The translations under genes were made by a program, and so were the position numbers. DNA of 64,000 nucleotides. Source: a bacterium (GTDB lineage Bacteria > Patescibacteriota > Dojkabacteria > JAKAPS01 > JAJZLI01). The number at the start of each line of letters is the position of its first letter. The first letter of the stretch is position 1. Shown one piece after another: positions 1-10,500 of the stretch. The stretch spans positions 7,899-71,898 of the forward strand of contig JAJZWL010000004.1 of the NCBI GenBank assembly GCA_021846685.1. The letters run 5' to 3'. Below the pieces are notes generated by a model. It worked only from the letters and a program-made list of their open reading frames with translations, was not told the origin of the DNA and made no database searches.

Positions 1-82
1 CTCCCAAAAATACCTTGTTATCTAAATCTCTTTTTAACATAATATAAAGATTTTAAATGAAAAATCTTTATATTGCAACCTT

Positions 83-1762
83 TCATTTATTTTCTAATAT
101 GAAAGATATTTCTCTTTCTTTTCTGCCAAGCGATCTTAAAAGAATTTCCACCATAGTTTTTGCAGCTTCATTTTCAGGTTCTATCACAAATTCTACTCCT
201 GAATCAATTAGAATTTCTTTATGCTTAGGAAGGTGTGATCTTGCTATTACTTTAATCTTATTATTTATTTTTTTTGAAATTGTAGTGATCTTATAATTAA
301 TTTCTATATCAGGAGTCGTAATAATAATGATTTCTGCTTCTTCTATTCCTGCTATTTTAAGTATTTCTAGAGATTCTCCATTTCCATATATGAACTCAAT
401 ATTTTTATTTTTTTGTGCCTCTATAATAGATTTATTAAAATCAATAATATTCAATTTTACTCCATTTGTAGATAGTATATTTGCAATTGTTCTTCCTAAT
501 CTCCCATATCCTACTAATATAATTTTATCTTTTTTCATTAATTCGTGAGATACAATTACTCTTCTTTCTAATTGTTTCTTTTTTGTTATTTTATAAAAGA
601 TATCTACTATATAATTATATATTTTTATATCATTTTTAATTATAAATGGAGAAATAAGCATTGTAATTATCGTTACAGATAAAAGTAGATGATAGTTATT
701 AAATGTTATAAGTTTATATGAAAAAGCAGTTGCTGCTATGATAAACGAGAATTCTCCTGCTTGAAACATATTTATTGAGATTATAAATGATTCTAAATAG
801 TGAAACTTTGACTGTTTAAGTATAATAAATGTAAATAAAGTTTTTATCACTATTAAAAATATAACAACTCCTATTATTGTGAAAAAATTCTCTAATATAA
901 ATGATAGTGGAGTTAAAGTCCCTATAAGTACAAAGAAAAATACAGAGAATATATCCTTCAAAGGCCGGATTTCTGAAGATATTTCATGATTCATCATTCC
1001 TTTTGAAATTATTAATCCTGCAATAAATGCTCCAATTGCAGGTGATATACCTATGACATATGATACAGTTATCATAATAAAAAGAATTGCTATAACTGCA
1101 ATAATTAAAAGTTCTCTCACCTCTGTTTTTGCAATCTCTTTTAATATATATGGAATTGTTATTGAGCCGAGGTAATAGATTATAATCAAGAGTAATATAC
1201 TTTTAAGGACTAATGATATTATGGATATTATAATTGTATTTCCAATTAATTTTTGAGAGAGATCCTCTATAAGGATTATAATAGGTATAGATATTAAATC
1301 TTGTAACATTAGCCATGCTATTGTTATTTCTCCTTCATTTGAATAATTTCGTTCTAAATCTTTAAGTATTTTACTTACTATGATAGTAGAGCTAAATGAT
1401 AGTGCTGATGCTATTATAAAGCTCTGTACTACACCTATTTTTAAAAATATTAATAAGAAAGATACAATTACTGTATTTAATATAAATTGTATAATTATTC
1501 CTCTAATAATTATACCTTTATATTTAATTATTTTTTCTAGTGAAAACTCAGTTCCTGTATAAAATATTAATAAGGCAACTCCTATATAGGATAAACTTTG
1601 AATATATACTGTTGAAGATTTATTGTAAGACAGTATAGTTCCTACAAGTACTCCTATTAGTATGTAACCAACTACAGTATATTGCTTTAATCTTACTGAT
1701 AAGTATCCTCCTATTAAAGCTAAAGTTAATATAACTGTTGTGTATATTATAAGTGCATTCAT
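83..1762 (-). CDS. Monovalent cation:proton antiporter (CPA2/Kef-like) with C-terminal TrkA-N/RCK domain
   Basis: 559-aa ORF; long multi-TM hydrophobic N-terminal region; C-terminal Rossmann motif 'ILVGYGRLGRTIANIL' (GxGxxG) typical of TrkA-N/RCK regulatory domains. Confidence 0.65.
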   Translation of the reverse strand: MNALIIYTTVILTLALIGGYLSVRLKQYTVVGYILIGVLVGTILSYNKSSTVYIQSLSYIGVALLIFYTGTEFSLEKIIKYKGIIIRGIIIQFILNTVIVSFLLIFLKIGVVQSFIIASALSFSSTIIVSKILKDLERNYSNEGEITIAWLMLQDLISIPIIILIEDLSQKLIGNTIIISIISLVLKSILLLIIIYYLGSITIPYILKEIAKTEVRELLIIAVIAILFIMITVSYVIGISPAIGAFIAGLIISKGMMNHEISSEIRPLKDIFSVFFFVLIGTLTPLSFILENFFTIIGVVIFLIVIKTLFTFIILKQSKFHYLESFIISINMFQAGEFSFIIAATAFSYKLITFNNYHLLLSVTIITMLISPFIIKNDIKIYNYIVDIFYKITKKKQLERRVIVSHELMKKDKIILVGYGRLGRTIANILSTNGVKLNIIDFNKSIIEAQKNKNIEFIYGNGESLEILKIAGIEEAEIIIITTPDIEINYKITTISKKINNKIKVIARSHLPKHKEILIDSGVEFVIEPENEAAKTMVEILLRSLGRKEREISFILENK

Positions 1763-2118
1763 TATATTATTCTCTTGACTTCTTCGACTATCTGAGAAGG
1801 GAGTAGTTCGGCTTTAATTAAATAAGCACTTACTCCTAAACTATATGCTTGATTAATGATTGCAGGAACTTCTAAATTTGAAATTATTATAACTTTTTTA
1901 TCCTTATTTCTTTCTTTGATTTTTCTTAATACTTCTAAACCTTGTATATCAGGAAGCATAATATCTAAAAGTATAACATCATACTCAAATGTAGAATCCT
2001 TATCAATCGCATCTTTTCCTGTTTCAGCAATATCATACTCAATCCCAGAAAACTTTAATTCTTCCTGGTATATATTTAATAAATCTTTGTCATCTTCTAC
2101 TAATAATATCTTTGTCAT
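1762..2118 (-). CDS. Single-domain response regulator (CheY-like receiver)
   Basis: 118 aa; 'KILLVEDD' acidic pocket and 'DVILLDIMLPD' phospho-acceptor Asp context; no output domain; stop/start overlap with upstream kinase gene. Confidence 0.75.
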   Translation of the reverse strand: MTKILLVEDDKDLLNIYQEELKFSGIEYDIAETGKDAIDKDSTFEYDVILLDIMLPDIQGLEVLRKIKERNKDKKVIIISNLEVPAIINQAYSLGVSAYLIKAELLPSQIVEEVKRII

Positions 2119-3359
2119 AATGGAATTTTGATTTTAAATGTAGTTCCTACACCTTCTATTGATATGATTTCAAAAATACCTCTATGAGATTCTATGATGA
2201 GGTGAGAAATATATAGATTTAAACCCTTATCTCCTAAATCTCTAATAGTATTAAATATATCTTCTTTGTTTGATAAGATTCTTTTAACTTCATTTTTATT
2301 TATACCTATACTATCATCTTTTACCTCAATAAACCAAAATTTATCATCAATATATGAATTTAAAGATACTTCAGATCTAGATTTTCCAAATGAATAAGAT
2401 AATATGTTAACTATTGCTATTTTCATTTTATCGCTATCAAATACACCTAATTTCTTTTCACCTATATTTATTTGATGAACGTATTTTATTTTTGTAATTT
2501 TTTCTTGAGCCTTAAATTCCGTAGTTATATTTTCTAAAAATGTATATATATAATTTTCAGAAGGAGTTATCATAATTTTATTATTTTGAAGTGTTAATAT
2601 ACTTAATAGATCTGCGAGAAGCATTTCTAACTTTCTTGTGTTAGAATCTATTTTTTCTAAATATTCTTTCTGCGGTTGATTTAATTTCCCTACTCTTTGA
2701 TTTAGAAGTAATTCTATATATCCTTCAATTACTGAAATAGGGGTCTTAACTTTATGAGCACTTATTCCTATAAATTCATTTTTCATCAAATTTAATTTCT
2801 CACTTTCCTTACTTTTTATAATTGTATTATTTAATAGTTTTTCACTTTTTTTTAATTTTTCACTTAACCAGCCTGTAATTACACCTATAAATATTATGAT
2901 AAAAGCAGTACTTAAAATTTCAGGATAATTTGTATTAAAAAATGATTCTATAAAGGCATATGATATTGCAGCAACCAAACTTTCAGCCAATGCTGCACTT
3001 AATCCATATTCTATTGTATCAAATGCTATTGAAAGAATGATAAACAGGAATAAATATGTTCCTAATAAGTTAGTATAAAATAAAAGAAGTATTATCATAG
3101 CACCATCTACTGCAGATACTACAGCTCCTATGGCTTCTGTAGGGAATTTTTTCGATACTGATAATATCGTACCAATATTTCTATATACTTCAGATATTAA
3201 AAATATAAATATTATGATAAACAATGATGCGTAGGAAAGCTTGAAATATACAGCAGACAAGAATAGCAATATTTTAATAAATATTCTTAGAAATATCACT
3301 GAAGCTACAGGAGTAGATAACCTAGAATCCTCTGCAAACTTAATTACTTTTTTATACAT
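2115..3359 (-). CDS. Membrane sensor histidine kinase
   Basis: 414 aa; N-terminal TM segments; H-box-like 'ISAHKVKTPISVIEGY'; C-terminal G-box-like 'DDSIGINKNEVKRI' and 'GLNLYISHLIIESHRG'. Confidence 0.7.
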   Translation of the reverse strand: MYKKVIKFAEDSRLSTPVASVIFLRIFIKILLFLSAVYFKLSYASLFIIIFIFLISEVYRNIGTILSVSKKFPTEAIGAVVSAVDGAMIILLLFYTNLLGTYLFLFIILSIAFDTIEYGLSAALAESLVAAISYAFIESFFNTNYPEILSTAFIIIFIGVITGWLSEKLKKSEKLLNNTIIKSKESEKLNLMKNEFIGISAHKVKTPISVIEGYIELLLNQRVGKLNQPQKEYLEKIDSNTRKLEMLLADLLSILTLQNNKIMITPSENYIYTFLENITTEFKAQEKITKIKYVHQINIGEKKLGVFDSDKMKIAIVNILSYSFGKSRSEVSLNSYIDDKFWFIEVKDDSIGINKNEVKRILSNKEDIFNTIRDLGDKGLNLYISHLIIESHRGIFEIISIEGVGTTFKIKIPL

Positions 3360-3371
3360 GTATATATATTA

Positions 3372-4574
3372 TTACAAAGGAAATACTAATTCAACTTTTG
3401 TACCTTTATCCTGTTCTGATTTTACGGATATAGTTCCTTTTTCAATTTCAACTAAACTTTTAACAATATAGAGACCTAATCCTAGTCCTTGAAAATTTGA
3501 ACTTAATACATTTGATGACTTATTATACTTACTAAAAATTTCTCCTATTTTGCTTTTATCTATTCCTATTCCATAATCCTGTATACTTATAGTGATAGAA
3601 TTCTCATCCATGACACTTATATTAATATCTATTTTTGAATTTAAATGAGAATATTTAATAGCATTATCAAGTATATTACTAAATATAATTTTGAGTCTAT
3701 TCTCATTGATTGTAGATTCTATTAATTGAGAGGTTGAATTTACTATTATCTCAATTCTTTTAGACTTAATATCATCATTGAATCTTTCTATGATTTCTCC
3801 TATTACGAGATTAACATTAACTTTTTGATCTTTATTAGAGCTTTTTTTGTCTAAATTAATAGATCCTAATACTTCTTCTATCAATTCATGTAGTTTATCT
3901 ACATTAGATTTTAAAAGATTAAAGTAATTTTTTTTTATCTCTTCGTCATTTGAGTACTCAATTAATTGCAAGTAACCTCTTAATGCAGCAAGGGGAGTTC
4001 TTAAGTTATGAGAAACTATTATTGTAAATTCATCTTTAACATCTACTATTTCATTACTGATATTCTCTGTGTCTGTAGTATCTTCGGTATTTGATTCTGT
4101 TTTAGTTTCTTTATTGTTTAAAAATAACATTATTAAACCAATAATAATAAGGCTGAATGCCAAAACTGGGAATATGAGCATTGAACTATATACTAATCCT
4201 ATAACTAGAAAAAATATTCCTGATATTAAAATTTCTAAAGTTACAGTCTCTATACCATATAGTAAAAAATTTATAACTAAAGATAGTAGTAATAATGCTA
4301 TTATAAGTATAATATTATTTGAAATTAAGATAATAAAGATTATAAATATAGAATCTAATGGTGGAATAAATAAATTGAAATTTTTAATTACTCTTTCTTT
4401 GAAATAATTTTCATAGAAGTAAACTATTTTAATTATTTCTAAAATTACTAGGACAGGAGCTAATATTGTAAATGCTTTTTTATTTAAAACAAAGATTATA
4501 CTAATTATCAATAATATAAATATAAATCTTAAGAATTGGTAAAAAATAATTTTTTTAGAAAGTTTTTTTCCCAT
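3372..4574 (-). CDS. Membrane sensor histidine kinase
   Basis: 400 aa; multi-TM N-terminus; H-box 'VSHNLRTPLAALRGY'; HATPase motifs 'DYGIGIDKSKIGEIF' and 'GLGLGLYIVKSLVE'. Confidence 0.75.
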   Translation of the reverse strand: MGKKLSKKIIFYQFLRFIFILLIISIIFVLNKKAFTILAPVLVILEIIKIVYFYENYFKERVIKNFNLFIPPLDSIFIIFIILISNNIILIIALLLLSLVINFLLYGIETVTLEILISGIFFLVIGLVYSSMLIFPVLAFSLIIIGLIMLFLNNKETKTESNTEDTTDTENISNEIVDVKDEFTIIVSHNLRTPLAALRGYLQLIEYSNDEEIKKNYFNLLKSNVDKLHELIEEVLGSINLDKKSSNKDQKVNVNLVIGEIIERFNDDIKSKRIEIIVNSTSQLIESTINENRLKIIFSNILDNAIKYSHLNSKIDINISVMDENSITISIQDYGIGIDKSKIGEIFSKYNKSSNVLSSNFQGLGLGLYIVKSLVEIEKGTISVKSEQDKGTKVELVFPL

Positions 4575-4576
4575 AA

Positions 4577-5659
4577 CTATTTAATGTATTTTAATACTCT
4601 TTTTGCAGTCTTTTTCCAACTATATTTTTGTATATTAAGCAGAGCTTCTTCTATTAAAGCTTTTCTTAAATTTTCATTTTTATATATCATATCCATTGAA
4701 TCAACAATTTCTTCGATATTTACATTATTTACAAATATTGCTCCATCATCACCAACTACTTCTCTTAATACGGGTATATCTGAACATATAATAGGTACTT
4801 TTGAATAAGCAGCCTCTATACATGGGAGTGAAAACCCTTCGTCGAAGGTCAAAGTTATAAATAGTAATGCTTTTTTTAGTATTTCAAATTTTTCTGTATT
4901 ATTAACATTTTCTAGTATAATAATATTTTTATTTGCGCTTTTAATATCTTCTTTATTTACCCCTAATAATACTAAATTTACTGGAGTTTTATATTTCTTT
5001 TTATATTCTAAAAATGATTTTACTAATGTATCAATATTTTTATGAGGACGACTATTTCCTATATATATAAAGAATTCCTTTGATATATTATATTTTCCCA
5101 GTATATCTTCTCCTTCATAATAGGTAGTAGGGATACTAACACCTTCTCCTGTAAATTTGATTTTTTTGGTATTTTTAATTTTAAGGTATTTTATAATATC
5201 ATCTTTTACTGCTTGTGTCGGCACAAATATTTTATTAGCACCTTTTAATGTCCATTTTAAATGTAATGCATTGTATATCCTGTATTTAAAACTTACAAAA
5301 TGGGGATTTCTAACTCCTATAATATCATGTAATGTTATTATATAAGGGGTTTTCATAAAATAAATACTTCCCCATATATGAGTCCAGAATATATCTAATT
5401 TAAATTTGTCTAATTCTTTTTGTAAAGTAAATTCAGAAAATATATTTTTAGTTTTAGATTTTATAGCAACTACTTTAATATTTTTATTTTTGCTATATAT
5501 AGTTTTGTATTTGTAATATATGGGATTTCTATTGAAAATAAAGTAATAGATATTACTTTTGTCTTGTTTTACTAATTCACTAGCTATACTTTTAGTATAG
5601 TTTCCTATCCCTGTTTCCTTCTCTTCTATTTCTCGAAAATCAATTCCTATATATTTCAT
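4577..5659 (-). CDS. Glycosyltransferase family 1 (GT4-like)
   Basis: 360 aa; C-terminal 'EGFSLPCIEAAYSKVPIICSD' matches the GT1 E-x7-E donor-binding motif. Confidence 0.75.
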   Translation of the reverse strand: MKYIGIDFREIEEKETGIGNYTKSIASELVKQDKSNIYYFIFNRNPIYYKYKTIYSKNKNIKVVAIKSKTKNIFSEFTLQKELDKFKLDIFWTHIWGSIYFMKTPYIITLHDIIGVRNPHFVSFKYRIYNALHLKWTLKGANKIFVPTQAVKDDIIKYLKIKNTKKIKFTGEGVSIPTTYYEGEDILGKYNISKEFFIYIGNSRPHKNIDTLVKSFLEYKKKYKTPVNLVLLGVNKEDIKSANKNIIILENVNNTEKFEILKKALLFITLTFDEGFSLPCIEAAYSKVPIICSDIPVLREVVGDDGAIFVNNVNIEEIVDSMDMIYKNENLRKALIEEALLNIQKYSWKKTAKRVLKYIK

Positions 5660-5832
5660 AAATAATTAAAACTCCAAAGGATTATTATTTCTCCAATCAG
5701 ACCTATATTGTATACATTCTAATAAATCTACTATATGGCACCTTATATCTCTTATCTCTTTAGAATCTAAAACATTCTTTTTTATCTGCATAATTCTTTT
5801 TAATAATGTATTTTTAATGATATAATCATATT

Positions 5833-6936
5833 ATGAAATATGCAATAGTACATGATGATTTTATGCAAAAATTTGGAGGAGCAGAGAAAGTTGTTTATTT
5901 GCTATCTAAAATTTTTAAAGAATCAGATGTAGTAACATCTATATCTACTCAGGATAATCTTGATAAATTTGAAAGGTTGAAAACCTCTCGATTTCAGAAA
6001 TATAAATTTATAAAAAAGCATTCAAAAAAGCTTTTTTTCTTATATCCTGTAATATTTGAGGGTTTGAATTTTGATGAATATGATATAGTGATATCCTCTT
6101 CCTCTCGGTTTGCACATGGTATTATTACTTCTCCTAGTACATTACATATTTGTTATATGCATTCTCCCTCTAGATATATTTGGGATTATGCAGATTATAT
6201 GAAAATGCAAAAATTATCTTTTTTACAAAAAGGTCTTTTACCTTTTATGGTATCTTATTTAAGAGTATGGGATTATATAGCTGCTCAAAGAGTAGACTAT
6301 TTTATAGCAAATTCTAATTATACAAAAGCAAGAATTAAAAAATTTTACGGACGAGATAGTATAGTAATTTATCCTCCTGTAGAAATTGAAAAATATTTGA
6401 AATTAAAAAATTTGCAATATAAATATTATTTATATGCGGGTAGAATTGTAGAATGGAAAAGATTAGATATACTTATAGCTTCATTTAATAAATCTGGAAA
6501 GGAATTGCATATTGTAGGTAACGGAGAAGCATCATATACAAATTCTCTTAAAAAAACTGCTTTAAAAAACATTAAATTTTTTGAGAATTTAAATGATGAG
6601 GAACTCTTGAATAAATATAGAGATTGTAAAGCTGTGATTTATCCTCAAAAAGAAGATTTTGGAATTATTCCTGTTGAAGCTCAAGCTTGTGGAAAACCAG
6701 TTATAGCATATTCCAAGGGAGGGGTTTTAGAGACTATAGAGGATTTAAAAACAGGGATTTTTTTTAATGATCAGACTGAAAAATCTTTAACAGATGCAAT
6801 TGTTAGATTCGAAAAAATAGATTTTAAAAAAGAAGATTGTAGGAAATCTGCAAGGAGATTTTCAGAAGAAGTATTTAGTAAGAGTATTGTAAAGATCACA
6901 CAAGAATTATGGATAAAAAATACAAAATTGCAATAG
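5833..6936 (+). CDS. Glycosyltransferase family 1
   Basis: 367 aa; 'EDFGIIPVEAQACGKPVIAYSKGG' GT1 motif; paralogous to the next gene. Confidence 0.8.
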   Translation: MKYAIVHDDFMQKFGGAEKVVYLLSKIFKESDVVTSISTQDNLDKFERLKTSRFQKYKFIKKHSKKLFFLYPVIFEGLNFDEYDIVISSSSRFAHGIITSPSTLHICYMHSPSRYIWDYADYMKMQKLSFLQKGLLPFMVSYLRVWDYIAAQRVDYFIANSNYTKARIKKFYGRDSIVIYPPVEIEKYLKLKNLQYKYYLYAGRIVEWKRLDILIASFNKSGKELHIVGNGEASYTNSLKKTALKNIKFFENLNDEELLNKYRDCKAVIYPQKEDFGIIPVEAQACGKPVIAYSKGGVLETIEDLKTGIFFNDQTEKSLTDAIVRFEKIDFKKEDCRKSARRFSEEVFSKSIVKITQELWIKNTKLQ

Positions 6937-7982
6937 TTACTGATTTTCTGAAAGTATATGGGGGTTTAGAAAGACAGTTGGAAGGGATTATGGATTTATT
7001 CCCAAATGCTGATATATATACTACTTTCTATGTGCCTGAAAATTTGCCAAGAAGATTTAAAGATTTTAATATTATAGAATCAAAATATAAAAATATATTT
7101 AAAATTTTATCATCTTTTGCAGTTCCTTTGTATCCAATAGCTTTTGAAGCTTTTGTATTTGAAAAATATGATGTAGTATTATCTATTAGTACCGGATTTG
7201 GAAAGGATGTTAATACAGGTGATATTAAGCATATCTCATATATACTAACTCCTCCTAGATTTCTTTGGAACCTTCCTAATTCTACTCAAGATAAATTGAA
7301 AGTAAAATTCCCAATAGAGATTTTGAATAATTATTTAAGATTGAAAGACTTTACTGCAGCTCAAGGACCTCAAAAATTAATAGCAAATTCAAAAACTGTT
7401 CAATCAAGAATAAAAAAATATTATAGAAGAGATAGTGATGTTGTATATCCATTTGTGGATACCAATAAATTTAATATCACAAAGGATTTTTCTTCTGGAC
7501 ATAGTTTTTTGATAATTTCAAGGTTAGAAAAATATAAGAATCTAGATCTTGCTATTCGGGTATTTAATAAATTAAAATTACGATTAAATATAGTTGGGAT
7601 TGGATCATATAGAAAGTACTTAGAGAGTATATCAGAAAGTAAATATATCAAATTTTATGGATATGTCTCTGATATAGAAATGGTTAGAATGCTAAATCAA
7701 ACAAAAGCATTAATATTCCCTGGTGCAGAAGATTTTGGATTAACTCCAATTGAAGCTCAAGCTTGCGGAAAACCAGTTATAGCTTTAAAAAAAGATGGGG
7801 TTTTAGAGACTGTTATAGAGGGAAAAACTGGATATTTTTTTAAAGATGAAATAGAATTAGAAGAAATTATAAAGAATTTTGATTCTACGAGTATAGATAA
7901 AATGGAATGTAGAGAAAATAGTTTACTTTTTTCTAAAGAAAGTTTTAGTATTAATTTAGAAAAAAGTTTATTTCATAAATAA
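6909..7982 (+). CDS. Glycosyltransferase family 1 (tandem paralog)
   Basis: 357 aa; 'EDFGLTPIEAQACGKPVIALKKDG'; similar length and motifs to 5833-6936; 28-nt overlap with it. Confidence 0.8.
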   Translation: MDKKYKIAIVTDFLKVYGGLERQLEGIMDLFPNADIYTTFYVPENLPRRFKDFNIIESKYKNIFKILSSFAVPLYPIAFEAFVFEKYDVVLSISTGFGKDVNTGDIKHISYILTPPRFLWNLPNSTQDKLKVKFPIEILNNYLRLKDFTAAQGPQKLIANSKTVQSRIKKYYRRDSDVVYPFVDTNKFNITKDFSSGHSFLIISRLEKYKNLDLAIRVFNKLKLRLNIVGIGSYRKYLESISESKYIKFYGYVSDIEMVRMLNQTKALIFPGAEDFGLTPIEAQACGKPVIALKKDGVLETVIEGKTGYFFKDEIELEEIIKNFDSTSIDKMECRENSLLFSKESFSINLEKSLFHK

Positions 7983-7989
7983 TTAATAT

Positions 7990-8628
7990 ATGTTGTATAA
8001 GATATTAACAAGATTCTTTGATATAGTGGGTTCTTTAGTAGCAATATTATTATTTTCTTGGTTAATGATTATTATCAGTATTTTAATTAAGTTAGATTCT
8101 GTAGGTCCTATTTTAGCAGATACCCCTGAAAGAGTAGGCAAAAATTATAAACCTTTCAAATTTTATAAATTTAGATCTATGATTCAAAATGCTCATGAAT
8201 TATTAAAAACTGATAAAAGATTTAAAAAAATATATATGGAGTACAAACAAAATAATTATAAGCTTAAAAATGACCCGAGAATTACAAAGGTAGGAAAGTT
8301 AATCCGTAAGTACAGTTTAGATGAATTACCTCAATTTTTTAATGTTCTTAAGGGAGATATGAGTCTTGTAGGTCCAAGAGCTTATTATTTTGATGAATTG
8401 GAGTATTATATTTCAAAAGATAAGAATTTTAAAAAAGATATAGAAATTATAACTTCTATAAAGCCTGGAATTACAGGTATATGGCAAGTATCTGGGAGAT
8501 CTGAAATCCCCTTTGACAAAAGAATCAAAATTGATTTAGAATATGCAAGTAGTCATTCTATCTGGAACTATTTTTTAATATTATTAAAAACCCCATTTGC
8601 GGTGTTTTCTAAGAGAGGTGCTTACTGA
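7990..8628 (+). CDS. Polyprenyl-phosphate sugar phosphotransferase (WbaP/CpsE-type bacterial sugar transferase catalytic domain)
   Basis: 212 aa; one N-terminal TM; hallmark 'DELPQFFNVLKGDMSLVGPRA' of phosphoglycosyl transferases; ends with TGA overlapping next start (ATGA). Confidence 0.8.
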   Translation: MLYKILTRFFDIVGSLVAILLFSWLMIIISILIKLDSVGPILADTPERVGKNYKPFKFYKFRSMIQNAHELLKTDKRFKKIYMEYKQNNYKLKNDPRITKVGKLIRKYSLDELPQFFNVLKGDMSLVGPRAYYFDELEYYISKDKNFKKDIEIITSIKPGITGIWQVSGRSEIPFDKRIKIDLEYASSHSIWNYFLILLKTPFAVFSKRGAY

Positions 8629-10496
8629 TGTCTGTAATAAGTCTTGATAATTATAAAAAAAATGAATCTAAAAAACCTTTTTTTAAAAAAACTTGGTTTA
8701 AAATAACTATTGTATCTGTCGTCTTTGTTCTTATTTTAGGATATTTTTTCTTATTATCCCCTTTATTGAGTTTGAAAAATAACTATGACAAGGCAAAATC
8801 TTCTATTACCTTACTAAATTATTATAAAAGTAAGAAGAATTTATCTGGAATGGAGGCTCAATTGCCTGTTTTATCCCAAAGTTTTTCTAATATGAGGGGA
8901 GAAATAGCATCATTAGGTTATTTTAATTATGTCCCATTTTTAAATAATTATTATTCTTTAGGATATAATGCTGTTTATGCAGGTTATTATTCTATTCAAG
9001 GATTTAGTAAAATCGAAAGTGGAATAAATGGAGTTGCACCTCTTTTTGGTTATAGTACTAGTAATGCTAAGACTGCTCATCCTATTACTGGAAAACAGAA
9101 AATCTATGATGTTGTGAAATCGTTACCTATATTAGCTCCTCTATTAAAAAAATCAGATCCTTATTTTATAAAAGCAAATCACTATATACAAAAAGTAAAT
9201 GTAAATTATATTCCTTCATCTTTGAATAAAAAATATAATATATCTTCTTTAAAGAAAACTTTTGCAGGTATAGTTACAGCTTTGCCTACGATTTATAATT
9301 CAACTTCGGTTTTAGAGGATGTATTAGGAGTACCTACTCCTAAAAAGTATTTATTAATGTTTGAAAATAGTGGTGAAATGAGACCTACTGGTGGGTTTAT
9401 GACAGCCTTTGGATTCGTCAATTTTAATAATGGTAATTTAGGTTCAATTACGGCTCAAAACATATATAACATATCCAATGTAATACATTATAAGCCAGTT
9501 GCTCCAAAACCTTTGTATGTATATAACGGGACTTATTATTGGCACTTAAGAGATGCTAATACATCTCCAGATGTTCCTGAGTCAGTAGCTAATATATATA
9601 AATTTTATAACTCTATATATAATGCTCCTCATATTAATGGTGTTATATTTATAGATACTTGGTTTGTAGATAATCTTATTAAAGCTGTTGGTGGAATCAC
9701 CATGCCATCTGTGTATGGAAATAATTTAGTTTTAACATCAAAAAATGCCAATTATTATATGGAATATATGGCTGAAAAATCAGGATTACCTCAGCAAGAA
9801 AGAAAAGATTTTATATCTATTATGATGCATAAACTTATATCTAAGGTATTTCATTCTACAGGTAATCAAGTATTTAAGGTATTGAATGTTGTAATTACAG
9901 ATCTTAATCAAAGACAAGTTCTCTTGTATTTTAATAATTCTAATGCAGAAAATTTAGTAAAACAATATGGTTGGGGTGGAGTAATTCCTAAAACTAATAA
10001 GTATGATTATTTACAAGTTGTAGAAGCTAATCTTGCAGGCGCAAAAGATAATTATTTTATGGGTGAAACTGTAAATGTTAATATACAAAAAACAAGTAAA
10101 GGTTATAAGCAATCAGTATCAGTTACTTGGGTAAATCCTGCAATTTATGATAATTGGTTGGTAGGACCATATTTATCATGGGTAAGAATGTATACTCCAA
10201 AAGGATCTAAATTATTAAATATGTCAGGTACGAATGGGTTTACTCAATCTTATCTTAATACTACTGTAAATAAGACTGTATTTGGAAATCATATTACGAT
10301 AAAACCTCGACTTTCTAAATCAAATCCTCCTGCAAAAGGAACATTAACATATACATATTTATTGCCTAAAAATATATCTTTGAAAAAACTTATATTTCAA
10401 AAAGAAGCGGGACTAAAAGGAGAATGGTTGAATGTACGATTTGGTAATTTTTATAAATCTCAATATATTACTTCAAATACGACTGTAAATCTATAA
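8628..10496 (+). CDS. Hypothetical membrane-anchored extracytoplasmic protein (polysaccharide-cluster associated)
   Basis: 622 aa; K-rich N-terminus then a single TM 'ITIVSVVFVLILGYFFLL'; large S/N/Y-rich soluble region; no catalytic motif recognised; resembles DUF4012-type proteins by context only. Confidence 0.4.
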   Translation: MSVISLDNYKKNESKKPFFKKTWFKITIVSVVFVLILGYFFLLSPLLSLKNNYDKAKSSITLLNYYKSKKNLSGMEAQLPVLSQSFSNMRGEIASLGYFNYVPFLNNYYSLGYNAVYAGYYSIQGFSKIESGINGVAPLFGYSTSNAKTAHPITGKQKIYDVVKSLPILAPLLKKSDPYFIKANHYIQKVNVNYIPSSLNKKYNISSLKKTFAGIVTALPTIYNSTSVLEDVLGVPTPKKYLLMFENSGEMRPTGGFMTAFGFVNFNNGNLGSITAQNIYNISNVIHYKPVAPKPLYVYNGTYYWHLRDANTSPDVPESVANIYKFYNSIYNAPHINGVIFIDTWFVDNLIKAVGGITMPSVYGNNLVLTSKNANYYMEYMAEKSGLPQQERKDFISIMMHKLISKVFHSTGNQVFKVLNVVITDLNQRQVLLYFNNSNAENLVKQYGWGGVIPKTNKYDYLQVVEANLAGAKDNYFMGETVNVNIQKTSKGYKQSVSVTWVNPAIYDNWLVGPYLSWVRMYTPKGSKLLNMSGTNGFTQSYLNTTVNKTVFGNHITIKPRLSKSNPPAKGTLTYTYLLPKNISLKKLIFQKEAGLKGEWLNVRFGNFYKSQYITSNTTVNL

Positions 10497-10500
10497 ATAA

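Noticed and set aside
57-2131. Short antisense ORFs inside longer genes (57-296, 327-548, 1380-1562, 1856-2131 and many similar 60-110-aa track entries throughout)
   Set aside because: AT-rich sequence yields frequent stop-free antisense frames. They are I/L/F/S low-complexity, have no motifs, and are fully embedded in well-supported genes on the other strand.
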